Source of the DNA: a candidate division FCPU426 bacterium | GTDB lineage: Bacteria; Oederibacteriota; Muellerivitia; Muellerivitales; Muellerivitaceae | DNA: 64,000 nt | Direction: 5' to 3' | NCBI GenBank assembly: GCA_963771075.1 | Contig: CAVYSE010000011.1 | Location: forward strand, 288,001-352,000 | In this document: positions 7,514-17,142 of the stretch, one piece after another | Position numbering within the stretch: position 1 is the first letter of the stretch | Layout: each line of letters begins with the position of its first letter | Program-made: the position numbers and the translations under genes | The notes under the pieces: generated by a model | The model's database searches: none | Told to the model about the DNA's origin: nothing | What the model saw: only the letters and a program-made list of their open reading frames with translations

Positions 7514-10500
7514 ATGGTAAAGCTCATATTAAAATGGATGCAGTTCCAGCGGGAAGCCTTCGTGCTGTTCCTCTTCCTCTTGCTGGGCATCATCGGCTAC
7601 GGGGCCTACGTCGCCTTCAACAGCGAGATCATGGCCTTTCCCGAGTTTACTAACGTCCAATTCAACATCAATACCCAATGGCCCGGCCACGCGGCGGAGG
7701 AAATCGAGCGTCTGGTCACCATCCCACTGGAAACGGTCACCCGGAGCGTGCCGGGGGTGATCAATTCCACCTCCCTTTCCGAGTTTGGCTTGAGCGTCAT
7801 CCTCTTGACCTTCTCCGACGACACCCCCAATTGGAAGGCCCGAAGCGATACGGCCCAGTACATGACTAATGCCAGCTTACCTTCGGGTGTTTCACCCAGT
7901 ATCTCGACCGATACCACTCCCCTGGGGCAAATCATGCGTTTTTCACTGGTGGGTAACCTCCCGCCGGATGAGATGCGCATGATCGCGGATTGGCAGATCC
8001 AGCGCTACCTTTTGACGGTCCCGGGCGTTTCCGACGTTGAGACATTTGGGGGCCCCACCCGTACGATTGAGATCAAGGTGGATATACCCCGGATGCAATC
8101 CTTGGGGCTCAGCATCGCCCAAATCGCGCAGAACCTGGGTGCCAACCACCAAAACGCGGGTGGGGATTTCATCAGCCACGGCGACGAGATGTATATCGTC
8201 CGGTCCATCGGGCTTTACCAGGACCCCATGGATCTGGAGAACGCGGTCATCGCCACCCAGGGCAACACCCCTATCCGCATCAAGGATATCGGGTCGGTCG
8301 TCATGAGCCACCATGTCCGCCTGGGGCAAACCGGGCGGGACCACGACGACGATGTGGTGAGGTCCATGGTCAACCTGAGGGTCGGGGCCAATACCATGGA
8401 AACCCTGGCCGGTCTGCACAAGAAGATCAACGAACTCAACGACCATATCCTGCCCAAAGGCTGCAAGATCGACATCTATTACGATCGGGGCGACCTGATC
8501 CACCGCAGCAGCCGTACGGTTTTCCACAACGTCATCTTCGGGATTATCCTCGTATGCACGCTTTTGATATTGGGGTTCGGAATCCAATATTGGGCCATGT
8601 CGGCGGGGGTGGCACTGATCATCCCCTTCGCGCTTTTGGTGGCCTTCGTTGGCTTGCATATCTGTGGCTACAACCCCAACCTGATTTCATTAGGCGCGGT
8701 GGACTTTGGCATCATCGTGGAGACGGCGGTTTTCGGAGCCGAGGCCCTGGCCGTGTCCCTGGCCCGGCAAAAAAGGAAGGATGACGAGGCCAACGCCCTT
8801 GCCTTGTCCGAGGTTTTAGGCCCGGCTCTCCTTTGCGCCTTCCTGCTCCTGATCGCCTTTATTCCCATATTGAGCCTGCAGCGAATTGAGGGACGCATCT
8901 TCCGTCCCCTGGGGATCACCCTGGTTTCGGCTTTGGTCGGGGGGCAATTGGGCGCCTTCATCTTCCTTCCCCTGGCGGCATCCTGGGCGCCCATCGGGCC
9001 CAAACCCACCCAGTCGGACGCGGTTTTCCATTGGATACTGGAACGCTGTAACCGGGTCATGCTTTGGTTCAACAAGTTTAAATATATCGGATGGATCGCG
9101 GGGGCCATCATCGCTGTCCTTCTCATCGCCATCAATTGGGGTATGGGAACGGAATTTTTACCCACGATGAACGAGGGTAACATTTGGCTCCGCGTCAGCG
9201 CCCCGCCCACCATTTCACGGGAAAAGTCGATACAACTGGCTCATGAGATACGGGAAAGAATCCTACGGATTAAAGAGGTTAAATCGGTTGTTTCCCAGAC
9301 CGGCCGTCCCGATGACGGGAGCGATATCAGCGGTTTTGATACGCTGGAGTTCCAAATCGATCTGGGCGATCCGGAAGAATGGAAAAGCGCTGATTCGATC
9401 GAGGGGTTCGTGAAGCTGATCCGGGAACAGGAAAAAGACATCGAGGGCTGCGATTTTTACTATTCCCAGTACATCAAGGACAACGTGGACGAGGCCATCA
9501 CGGGGGTCATGGGAGAGCTGGCCCTCAAGATCCATGGTCCGGACCTGAAAGTTTTGAGAAACCTGGCGGACCAGTGTGAGGAAATCATTTCAAAGACGCC
9601 AGGGGCCACGGATGTGGGTGAGGAGGACATCTTCCAGCAGCCGGAACTGCAGTATGTGATGGACCGGGACAAGATGGACAGTTATGGCATTCAGGTTTCA
9701 CAAGCGGAGGATGTCCTCTCCTCGGCGCTTTCGGGCAAATGGGCAGCCCAGATGGTGGACCAGCAGGGCCGGTACGTGGATATTCTGGTTAAGCCGAAAC
9801 TGCCCAGCCCCATTACGCAGAACGTTTTGAATTCCATTCCCCTCCTGGCGCCCGGTGGCGGGGAGATACCTTTGGGAGAAGTGACCCAGGCCAAGGTGGT
9901 CGAGGGTGTGTCGCATATCTATCGGGAAGAAGGTGAGCGACGCGTCGCGGCCAAGTGCTCGGTGCGGGGAAGGGCGGTCGTGGAATTCGTCAAGGAAGCC
10001 GACGACAAAATCAAACAACAGGTCAAGCTTCCCCCGAAATACTGGTATTACTGGTCGGGGACATTCGAGAACGCCAAAAGGGCCAGCCGTCAATTGTCCA
10101 TCATTGTGCCGATTTGCATCCTGGCCATGATCATCATCATGTACACCTGGTTCAAGGACTGGAGGCTTCTGGCGATACTGCTGTGGGAAATCCCCTTTGC
10201 CACCATAGGCGGCTTGGCGGCCTTACGGATGGCCGGTTTGAACCTCAGCATCTCGGCGGCGGCAGGGGGTATCATCCGTATCGGGGTGTCCTTCCTGACG
10301 GGCATGATGATCATTTCGGCCTTCGTCAAGACCCGGGACGCCTCCAAGGCCTTGATGGAAAAGGGCCGTAGCATCCTGATTTCCAATGGGGTGGCCATCA
10401 TCGGCCTCTTGCCGGCGGCCCTGTCCCATGCCATCGGTTCCGAGACGGCGCGGCCTTTCGCGGTGGCGATTTTGGGGGGGTTGGCGGCCTCCATGACCCT

Positions 10501-10576
10501 CAGCCTGACCCTGCTTCCGGTCTTCCTGAAGAGGATCGAGAAGTACTATAAAAAACCAAAGCCCGAGGAAGAATAA
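7514..10576 (+). CDS. CusA/CzcA-family (HME-type) RND permease
   Basis: AFPEFTNVQ...WPGHAAEEIERLVTIPLE, NLISLGAVDFGIIVE, IEGRIFRPLG, GTEFLPTMNEG, VVSQTGRPDDGSD. Confidence 0.93.
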   Translation: MVKLILKWMQFQREAFVLFLFLLLGIIGYGAYVAFNSEIMAFPEFTNVQFNINTQWPGHAAEEIERLVTIPLETVTRSVPGVINSTSLSEFGLSVILLTFSDDTPNWKARSDTAQYMTNASLPSGVSPSISTDTTPLGQIMRFSLVGNLPPDEMRMIADWQIQRYLLTVPGVSDVETFGGPTRTIEIKVDIPRMQSLGLSIAQIAQNLGANHQNAGGDFISHGDEMYIVRSIGLYQDPMDLENAVIATQGNTPIRIKDIGSVVMSHHVRLGQTGRDHDDDVVRSMVNLRVGANTMETLAGLHKKINELNDHILPKGCKIDIYYDRGDLIHRSSRTVFHNVIFGIILVCTLLILGFGIQYWAMSAGVALIIPFALLVAFVGLHICGYNPNLISLGAVDFGIIVETAVFGAEALAVSLARQKRKDDEANALALSEVLGPALLCAFLLLIAFIPILSLQRIEGRIFRPLGITLVSALVGGQLGAFIFLPLAASWAPIGPKPTQSDAVFHWILERCNRVMLWFNKFKYIGWIAGAIIAVLLIAINWGMGTEFLPTMNEGNIWLRVSAPPTISREKSIQLAHEIRERILRIKEVKSVVSQTGRPDDGSDISGFDTLEFQIDLGDPEEWKSADSIEGFVKLIREQEKDIEGCDFYYSQYIKDNVDEAITGVMGELALKIHGPDLKVLRNLADQCEEIISKTPGATDVGEEDIFQQPELQYVMDRDKMDSYGIQVSQAEDVLSSALSGKWAAQMVDQQGRYVDILVKPKLPSPITQNVLNSIPLLAPGGGEIPLGEVTQAKVVEGVSHIYREEGERRVAAKCSVRGRAVVEFVKEADDKIKQQVKLPPKYWYYWSGTFENAKRASRQLSIIVPICILAMIIIMYTWFKDWRLLAILLWEIPFATIGGLAALRMAGLNLSISAAAGGIIRIGVSFLTGMMIISAFVKTRDASKALMEKGRSILISNGVAIIGLLPAALSHAIGSETARPFAVAILGGLAASMTLSLTLLPVFLKRIEKYYKKPKPEEE

Positions 10577-10623
10577 AATGGGCCGAATCGGGTGTTCCAG
10601 GGCGAGTAAGGGAAAGATGTAAT

Positions 10624-10670
10624 AAGCCCTGATTTAGCTTTCATTAAAAGCCAAATCAGGGCTTTTCTTT
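10624..10670 (+). terminator. Rho-independent terminator after the RND operon
   Basis: AAGCCCTGATTT...AAATCAGGGCTT followed by TTCTTT. Confidence 0.8.
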
Positions 10671-10843
10671 ATAAACGCAGCGAACCCCTATACATCCAGC
10701 CCTGAAGCCGTGCACCAACCCTGAACCAGGCGGCACGCTCGGGTGACCAAAACCAAATAATCAATAACCTTTATTTTTCGTGATTCGCCGCGAATCATTA
10801 TTTTTAAGGGTTTTTTTCGTTTTTTTATGAACGAAAATCCTTG

Positions 10844-11010
10844 CGTCCAATTCTTACCAACAATTTGTATGAATTGGACGTGAGATTATAGAATGTGGGT
10901 TTTAATTGTTCGTTATACGAACATTTAAAATAAGGGAATTTGGGGTAGTTTGATATCGGCGGAATCGTCACGTCCAATTGTCTTGAGAATCTCAAGTGAA
11001 TTGGACGTGA
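10844..11010. promoter_or_regulatory. Two 37-bp inverted-repeat sites CGTCCAATT-N19-AATTGGACG
   Basis: 10844-10880 and 10971-11007 have identical arms and spacing. Confidence 0.7.
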
Positions 11011-11032
11011 GAATGGATATTAAGGAGGGCGT

Positions 11033-11503
11033 ATGGAGGCAAAACCAACTATTAAAGGTTTTCTCAAGGGGTTTCTTGGCTTGAATAGTACCCCGGCTAA
11101 TCCTCAAAATCCCAATTCTTCCAATCAATCGCCGACACAAGAACCACCCCAACCCATACACCCGTTGAAGGAGCCCAAACCTAGGTCGGAGGCCTATCTC
11201 AACCGGCGAAAAGGGCGCATCAAGCACGGTTCGACCTTAGGTTATATAGAGACGATAGCCCCTTACCTTTTGGATAAGGGGGAAGTATCCCCAGGGGATA
11301 TGGCCCGGGAGCTTGGTATACCCAAAAGCACCCTGATCTACAACCTGAACCGGCTTTCAAAGATTTGTAACGGGGCCATCATTGAGGGAAGGGATTTGAA
11401 GGTACATGTCGTGAATAACCTATTAAAAGGTCACCGCTTGGAACGGGTAGGAGGTGGGAAGTATACCCGGTACCGGCTCGTACCATCAGAATCGAAAGAT
11501 TAG
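11033..11503 (+). CDS. Winged-helix DNA-binding protein
   Basis: GEVSPGDMARELGIPKSTLIYNLNRL...LERVGGGKYTRYRL; SD AAGGAGG. Confidence 0.75.
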   Translation: MEAKPTIKGFLKGFLGLNSTPANPQNPNSSNQSPTQEPPQPIHPLKEPKPRSEAYLNRRKGRIKHGSTLGYIETIAPYLLDKGEVSPGDMARELGIPKSTLIYNLNRLSKICNGAIIEGRDLKVHVVNNLLKGHRLERVGGGKYTRYRLVPSESKD

Positions 11504-11964
11504 AGGTGACATATTTTGGCCAACTCAAGGCCCAAACGGGGGTGAAGCTGTTGATGGGGCTCTGTTGGGAATAGGACATCAAGGAGAAATTACGTAAAGT
11601 GCAGAAGCTTGCGGAAAAATGAGACGCTAAAAATCATGCGGTTTTATTGGCCATGACATTGATGAAAACAAGAATTATTGAATCGTTGAACGATAACGGA
11701 TTTTTTCAAGTCGTGAATGAATTTGAGAAGTGGGATAATGTCAAGGTTGTAAACGACGGGTAGGTAATTTTAATAAATGATGTCTGACCGTTTTCACGAT
11801 AGGTTAAGTTAAGGGGTCCTGACCGGAGACTTAACTTGGGCCTCAAACCAAAGAGTTGGGATTTCTTGCCGTCTCCGCAATTTCTGTGTTTTTTACCTTC
11901 CGGAATTGACATTTCTTGGCACCCCTTGGATGATACCGAGGAAACTAAAACAAAGGGAGAGTAG

Positions 11965-12264
11965 ATGCGTTCGCGCAAGTGGGTTAAATTTATAGCTCTT
12001 GCGGTCTTCTTGATTTTCGCAGGTGTGGAGTTGTCCGAAGGTTACATCCACCACCATCACGAAAAGACGGAAGATAGTGACGATGACTGCTCGTACTGCA
12101 GCTTCCATAAGGCTTTCAGCAAAGTTGATTTTTCAGCCGCGCCGCTTGTGGATTTGGTTCCGCTTTTCTTCCTGTTTTTCGCGGGGTTGGTTTATCTTCC
12201 GACCTTCCACGGCTTCCGGTTCATTCTCCCCACGGGCCGTGCCCCTCCGGTCGTTTTTTCCTAA
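11965..12264 (+). CDS. DUF2946/CruR-like leader protein (signal/TM, His-run, CxxC, C-terminal RAPP)
   Basis: ...IHHHHEKTEDSDDDCSYC...ILPTGRAPPVVFS. Confidence 0.75.
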   Translation: MRSRKWVKFIALAVFLIFAGVELSEGYIHHHHEKTEDSDDDCSYCSFHKAFSKVDFSAAPLVDLVPLFFLFFAGLVYLPTFHGFRFILPTGRAPPVVFS

Positions 12265-12450
12265 ATTCAAACGGGATAACAAATGAAAGAGTAGCGGGAG
12301 AGTTTTAGAATTCCCGTTCATTCCGACATAACCGGGTTCTTTCCTAAAAAATTCCCATTCCCTTTCATTCCCAGTTCTTCGTTTGAAATTAAGCATATTC
12401 CTTTTTAATCCCATCGCATCCTTTTAACCATAGACAGACATGAGGGATAA

Positions 12451-13146
12451 ATGAAAGTTCTGGAGATAAAAAACTTAAAAAAGACTTACCCATCGCCTGA
12501 GGGCGGCAATCACTTGGTTGTTCAAGTGAACCATTTCGCCCTGGGCCAGGGCGAACAGATGGCCTTGTCCGGGGAAAGCGGTTCGGGAAAAACCACTTTT
12601 TTGAACCTCATCGCGGGAATTTTGAAAGCGGACGAGGGAAGCATCCATCTGGGGGGGCAAGAGTTGGAATCGCTCCCTGAAAGCCGTCGGGACCTGCTTC
12701 GAGCCCAATCCCTGGGTTATATCTTCCAAACCTTCAACCTTTTACAAGGTTATACGGCTTTGGAAAACGTGGAGTTGGGCATGATGTTCGGCCAAGGAGT
12801 GGATTCAACCTACGCGGAATCACTCCTGCAACGGGTTGGACTGTCGAAGCGGCTCCAATATCTTCCCCGGCAGATGTCGGTGGGCCAACAGCAAAGGGTG
12901 GCGGTGGCCAGGGCCCTGGCCAATCATCCGAAATTGGTATTGGCGGATGAGCCCACGGGCCACTTGGACCATGAGAGGGCCATGGAGTCCCTTACTTTGA
13001 TCCGCCAAATCTGCCGTGAGAACGGGGCAGCCCTTCTTTTAGTCAGCCACGATAAGGAAGTCTTGTCGAAATTCGAGAAGGTGGAAAACCTGGGAAGGAT
13101 CAACCGGGCAGTTGAAACGGCAGGAAAAGGAGGGGCCAAATCATGA
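12451..13146 (+). CDS. ABC transporter ATP-binding protein (LolD/MacB-type)
   Basis: GESGSGKT Walker A, MSVGQQQRVAVARAL, LADEPTG. Confidence 0.95.
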   Translation: MKVLEIKNLKKTYPSPEGGNHLVVQVNHFALGQGEQMALSGESGSGKTTFLNLIAGILKADEGSIHLGGQELESLPESRRDLLRAQSLGYIFQTFNLLQGYTALENVELGMMFGQGVDSTYAESLLQRVGLSKRLQYLPRQMSVGQQQRVAVARALANHPKLVLADEPTGHLDHERAMESLTLIRQICRENGAALLLVSHDKEVLSKFEKVENLGRINRAVETAGKGGAKS

Positions 13147-14417
13147 ACCCACTGGAATCCATAAAGAACCTGTTTTTCCTGGTCCGGCGGAGCATGAAAC
13201 AGCACGCCCTTTCCACGGCCATCACGGTGATGTCGGTGGGACTGGCGACGGGCCTCACCATGGCGGTCTTTTCCATCCAGCACCAAACCCGGGGGGCGTT
13301 CACGGGAGGGCGTGTGGGATTTGACGCGGTATTGGGCGCGAGGGGAAGCCAATTGCAGTTGGTCCTTAACGCCGTCTACCAACTGGAGACCTCCCCCGGC
13401 AACATCCCCTGGTCGCTTTACACGGAAGTGAAGAACGACCCGAGGGTGGAGTTGGCCATCCCTTACGCGGTGGGCGACAACTACATCGGTTACCGCATTG
13501 TCGGCACTACCGGTGACATCTTCACCCGCTTCGAGTACCAATTGGGAAAACACCTGGAAGTAGAGGAGGGGGGCCGGGTCTTCGACCCATCGAAACGGGA
13601 AGCCGTCATCGGCAGTTTCGTTGCTCAAAAACTAGGCCTGGGAGTGGGGTCAACCTTCAAGCCCTTCCACGGGCTTTATTACGATCCCAACATGCAGCAT
13701 GAGGAAGTCTTCCAGATCGTGGGAGTGCTCAAAACCACGAATACGCCGATGGACCGGGTGCTTTGGATCCCCATCGACGACGTGTACCGCATGAAGGGCC
13801 ATGTGTTGCGGGGTACGGGTAAGGAATATACGCCCCAGGCGGGCGTGGAAATCCCGGACGCCGATAAGGAAGTCTCCGCCGTCATGTTGAAATTCCACAG
13901 TCCCCAGGCGGGGTTCATGCTGGACCAGACCATCAACCGCCAGGGAAAAGTGGCGACCCTGGCCTGGCCGATCGGAAAGGTGATGGCCGAGCTTTTCGAC
14001 AAGATGGGGTGGGTTACCAAGATACTCACTTTGGTGGCCTACCTGGTGATGCTGGTGGCCGCCGCGTCCATCCTCTCCAGCCTGTACAACACGCTGAACG
14101 AAAGGCGCCGGGAATTCGCCATTTTGCGGTCCTTGGGCGCCAGGCGTTCCACGGTCTTTTCCGCCATCGTTATGGAAGCCACCGCAATCGCGGGGCTGGG
14201 GTCGCTGGTGGGTTATGCCATTTACCTGGCCTTGTTTTCCTTGGCCGCCATCATCGTGCGCGAACAAACAGGGGTGGTGCTGGAAGTTTTCCGGTTCCAC
14301 TTTTCCTTACTGGCCGTTCCCCTGGGCATGACGCTTTTGGGTGCCCTTTCCGGCTTGATCCCGGCCCTCAAGGCCTATTCCACCGACGTGGCCCGTAACC
14401 TGGACCCACTGTCTTAA
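13143..14417 (+). CDS. ABC transporter permease (FtsX/MacB-type)
   Basis: FDAVLGARGSQLQLVLNAVY, LNERRREFAILRSLGARR, LIPALKAY; ATGA overlap with the ATPase gene. Confidence 0.92.
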   Translation: MNPLESIKNLFFLVRRSMKQHALSTAITVMSVGLATGLTMAVFSIQHQTRGAFTGGRVGFDAVLGARGSQLQLVLNAVYQLETSPGNIPWSLYTEVKNDPRVELAIPYAVGDNYIGYRIVGTTGDIFTRFEYQLGKHLEVEEGGRVFDPSKREAVIGSFVAQKLGLGVGSTFKPFHGLYYDPNMQHEEVFQIVGVLKTTNTPMDRVLWIPIDDVYRMKGHVLRGTGKEYTPQAGVEIPDADKEVSAVMLKFHSPQAGFMLDQTINRQGKVATLAWPIGKVMAELFDKMGWVTKILTLVAYLVMLVAAASILSSLYNTLNERRREFAILRSLGARRSTVFSAIVMEATAIAGLGSLVGYAIYLALFSLAAIIVREQTGVVLEVFRFHFSLLAVPLGMTLLGALSGLIPALKAYSTDVARNLDPLS

Positions 14418-14445
14418 CAATTGAATAAAACTAAGGAGAAGAAAA

Positions 14446-15042
14446 ATGAGAATTGAACAAAAACCAACATCCAACGCCAAGAAGCCAAGAAGCCAAGAAA
14501 AGCAAAACAAAGTTGGATTTAAGGGAATCTTTGAAAACTTAACTTTTTCGCCGTTCTTTGCGGCTTTGCGGCTTCGCGTTGGCCGTGGGTATTCGGTTTT
14601 GCTCTTGGCTTTGCTTCTGTCCGCGGCCCCGGTCTCGGCCCATGAGCACCATCCCCCGCACCACGGGACATTGGTGGTTTTGGGGGAGGAATTTTCCCAT
14701 GTGGAGCTTCTTTTGGATTCGTCCACTGGGGAACTGGACGCTTTCGTTCTGGACGGGGAAGCCGAGAATCCGGTGAGAATTTCCCAGTCTTCCCTTCAAA
14801 TCCTCGTAAAAGACAAAGCGAAGGATTGGATCTTGAAGCTGAAACCTATCGCCAATGCCTTAACTGGGGAAACCAAAGGCGACACTTCCCAATTCCAGCT
14901 TGTCTCACCCAAGCTCAAGGGAATGACCCAGTTTCAAGGGGAGATCGTTCGCATCAAAGCTAAGGGTACGGATTTCAAGAATGTCTGGTTCCTGTATCCC
15001 GAGGGTAATGAGGGCGTGAAAAAACCGGATTGGGCCAAGTAG
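14446..15042 (+). CDS. His-rich exported putative metal-binding protein
   Basis: Signal LLLALLLSAAPVSA then HEHHPPHHGTLVVLGEEFSHVEL; N-terminal extension derives from a repeat element. Confidence 0.75.
   Translation: MRIEQKPTSNAKKPRSQEKQNKVGFKGIFENLTFSPFFAALRLRVGRGYSVLLLALLLSAAPVSAHEHHPPHHGTLVVLGEEFSHVELLLDSSTGELDAFVLDGEAENPVRISQSSLQILVKDKAKDWILKLKPIANALTGETKGDTSQFQLVSPKLKGMTQFQGEIVRIKAKGTDFKNVWFLYPEGNEGVKKPDWAK
14461..14582. repeat. Inverted-repeat element inside the 5' end of the CDS
   Basis: ccaacgccaagaagccaagaagccaagaa ... ttctttgcggctttgcggcttcgcgttgg; shares aaaccaacatccaacgc with 30859. Confidence 0.7.
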
Positions 15043-15207
15043 GGATTAGCCTCTTTGTATTTTCCGCAGAAAGGCCGGGTTCGAAAAATTTGGCGTTTGC
15101 AACGATCTTGGCCTTCCGCGGACTGATTACAAATTGTTTATGAATAACAAATTTTCAGGAATAAGACGGTTCGTCAGGAGGGGTGGGATGGGTTTGAGGC
15201 CATTTTT

Positions 15208-15810
15208 TTGAAAAGAAGAGTATTCATTTTTGGGGGAGCGGTATTTTTCTTCATGATCTCATTTCTGCCTGGCGCGGAGGTCGAGATTGAATACGGAAAA
15301 ACCACGGCCACTCCATGCAGCGTTGTAACCATTGACGATTCTCCATCCGGCTCCGGGTCGATGTATACCCAGGTGGAGGACCACCCCCTGGTGACTTGGG
15401 CAACCTTGGCCCGGTTTCCTTATGACGTTCCAGGCAAGGACGAAGAAAATAATCCTGATTTGAGGAAGAAGGATAAATACCCCATACCGGAAACGGTGAA
15501 AAAATTGAACGGTGTAAGCGTGGCGGTGGTGGGTTTCATGATCCCCGTTGATTTAGACGCGGATGGGGGAAAGGCCGCTTCTTTTATGCTGATCCGAAGC
15601 CAAATGACCTGCTGTTTTGGCATCGCGCCTAGGATGAATGAGTGGGTATTCGTTCAAATGGAGGAAGGCAAAACGGCGGATGCCGTCATGGATGTCCCGG
15701 TAACGGTTTTTGGCGTCCTGTCCGTGGGCGAAAAACACTCAAGCAAATGGAGCCTTTACCGGTTGGTTTCGAACAAAGTCGCTTTTCTCAAACAGTCAAG
15801 TTGGCAGTGA
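15208..15810 (+). CDS. DUF3299-like protein 1
   Basis: VTWATLA...KKLNGVSVAVVGFMIPVD...SFML...CCFG..PRMNEWVFV...PVTVFGVLSVG. Confidence 0.75.
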   Translation: MKRRVFIFGGAVFFFMISFLPGAEVEIEYGKTTATPCSVVTIDDSPSGSGSMYTQVEDHPLVTWATLARFPYDVPGKDEENNPDLRKKDKYPIPETVKKLNGVSVAVVGFMIPVDLDADGGKAASFMLIRSQMTCCFGIAPRMNEWVFVQMEEGKTADAVMDVPVTVFGVLSVGEKHSSKWSLYRLVSNKVAFLKQSSWQ

Positions 15811-15841
15811 GCCGCAAAGAACGATGAAGGGGTTTTAAACA

Positions 15842-16468
15842 GTGCAAAGGGAAACAAGTGTGGTTAAAAAATCGCCAAAAGGCCTGGCTGTTCGACTGGC
15901 CGTTCTTTTGGGCCTGGGGGTCGTGATTTCGACAGGGAGCATGCGGGGACAAAACCCTTCCCCCCGCGGATACCCGATCACGTCCATTAATTTGAAATCA
16001 CCCCCGGTCACGGTTTATTCACAGGTCGATCACCATCCTTATGTGACGTGGGATACCTTGGCGCATTTCGCGTATGACGCCCCTGATATTGAGGAAGAGA
16101 TCGACCCGAGCCTGAGGCTAAAGAAAAAGAAGTATCCCGTTCCTGATTTTATTAAACAACTGGATGGGGCGAGTATCGCGGTAGTGGGTTTCATGATCCC
16201 TTTGGATACGGACGATACGGAACAAAAGGCAACCTCCTTCATCCTGGCCCGAACCCAGGCGAGTTGTTGCTACGGCATCACCCCGAAGATGAATGAATGG
16301 ATGTTCGTCTGGATGAAAAAAGGGAAGACGGCGGAAGCCATCATGGATCTTCCGGTGACGGTTTTTGGGACCCTTTCGGTGGGGGAACAAAAGAAAAGGG
16401 ACACGGGCTGGAGCCTTTACCGGATGGTCTCGGACAGGGTCGCCGTTCCCGAACATTCAATTTGGTAG
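15842..16468 (+). CDS. DUF3299-like protein 2
   Basis: LDGASIAVVGFMIPLD...CCYGITPKMNEW. Confidence 0.75.
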   Translation: MQRETSVVKKSPKGLAVRLAVLLGLGVVISTGSMRGQNPSPRGYPITSINLKSPPVTVYSQVDHHPYVTWDTLAHFAYDAPDIEEEIDPSLRLKKKKYPVPDFIKQLDGASIAVVGFMIPLDTDDTEQKATSFILARTQASCCYGITPKMNEWMFVWMKKGKTAEAIMDLPVTVFGTLSVGEQKKRDTGWSLYRMVSDRVAVPEHSIW

Positions 16469-16520
16469 ATGGATTAAAAAGAAAAATGAAGGTTTTTGCC
16501 CGTGTCAAGGAGGCAAAGCA

Positions 16521-17135
16521 ATGGATAGGAAATGGATGAAGGCGTGGGACTTTCGTATGGCCATTCTCCTGGCCTTCGGAATCATGCTTTCCATGACCAA
16601 GGTCCAGGGGCAATCCCAACCGCCGAGCGATGGGTACCCCTTTCCTATCAAACCTATTGATTTGAAATCACCCCCGGTCACGGTTTATTCCCAGGTCGAT
16701 CACCATCCTTATGTGACGTGGGATACTTTGGCTCATTTCGATTATGACGCACCCGAAATGGAAGAAGAACTCGACCCCCGTCTGAGGTTAAAGAAAAAGA
16801 AATATCCCATTCCGGATTTCGTTAAAAAACTGAACGGTATGAGCATTGCGGTTGTGGGATTCATGATACCCGTGGACACGGATGACGCGGAAATGAGGGC
16901 CACCTCCTTTATCCTCGCCCGCACCACGGCAAGTTGCTGCTTCGGCATTGTCCCCAAGATGAACGAATGGATGTACGTCCAGATGAAAAAGGGAAAGACC
17001 GCCGAGGTCACGATGGACATTCCCATCACGGTTTTCGGGACCCTCTCGGTGGGGGAACAAAAGAAAGAGGAAACGGGCTGGAGCCTTTATCGGATGGTCT
17101 CGAATAAGGTCGTTGTTCCTGAGCCCGATTGGTGA
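16521..17135 (+). CDS. DUF3299-like protein 3 (close paralogue of protein 2)
   Basis: SD AGGAGG, ATG 16521; LNGMSIAVVGFMIPVD...CCFGIVPKMNEW. Confidence 0.78.
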   Translation: MDRKWMKAWDFRMAILLAFGIMLSMTKVQGQSQPPSDGYPFPIKPIDLKSPPVTVYSQVDHHPYVTWDTLAHFDYDAPEMEEELDPRLRLKKKKYPIPDFVKKLNGMSIAVVGFMIPVDTDDAEMRATSFILARTTASCCFGIVPKMNEWMYVQMKKGKTAEVTMDIPITVFGTLSVGEQKKEETGWSLYRMVSNKVVVPEPDW

Positions 17136-17142
17136 AGATGCC

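Noticed and set aside
15134..15150. TTGTT-N7-AACAA palindrome as a Zur/Rex operator
   Set aside because: Single short AT-rich instance that does not match either consensus well
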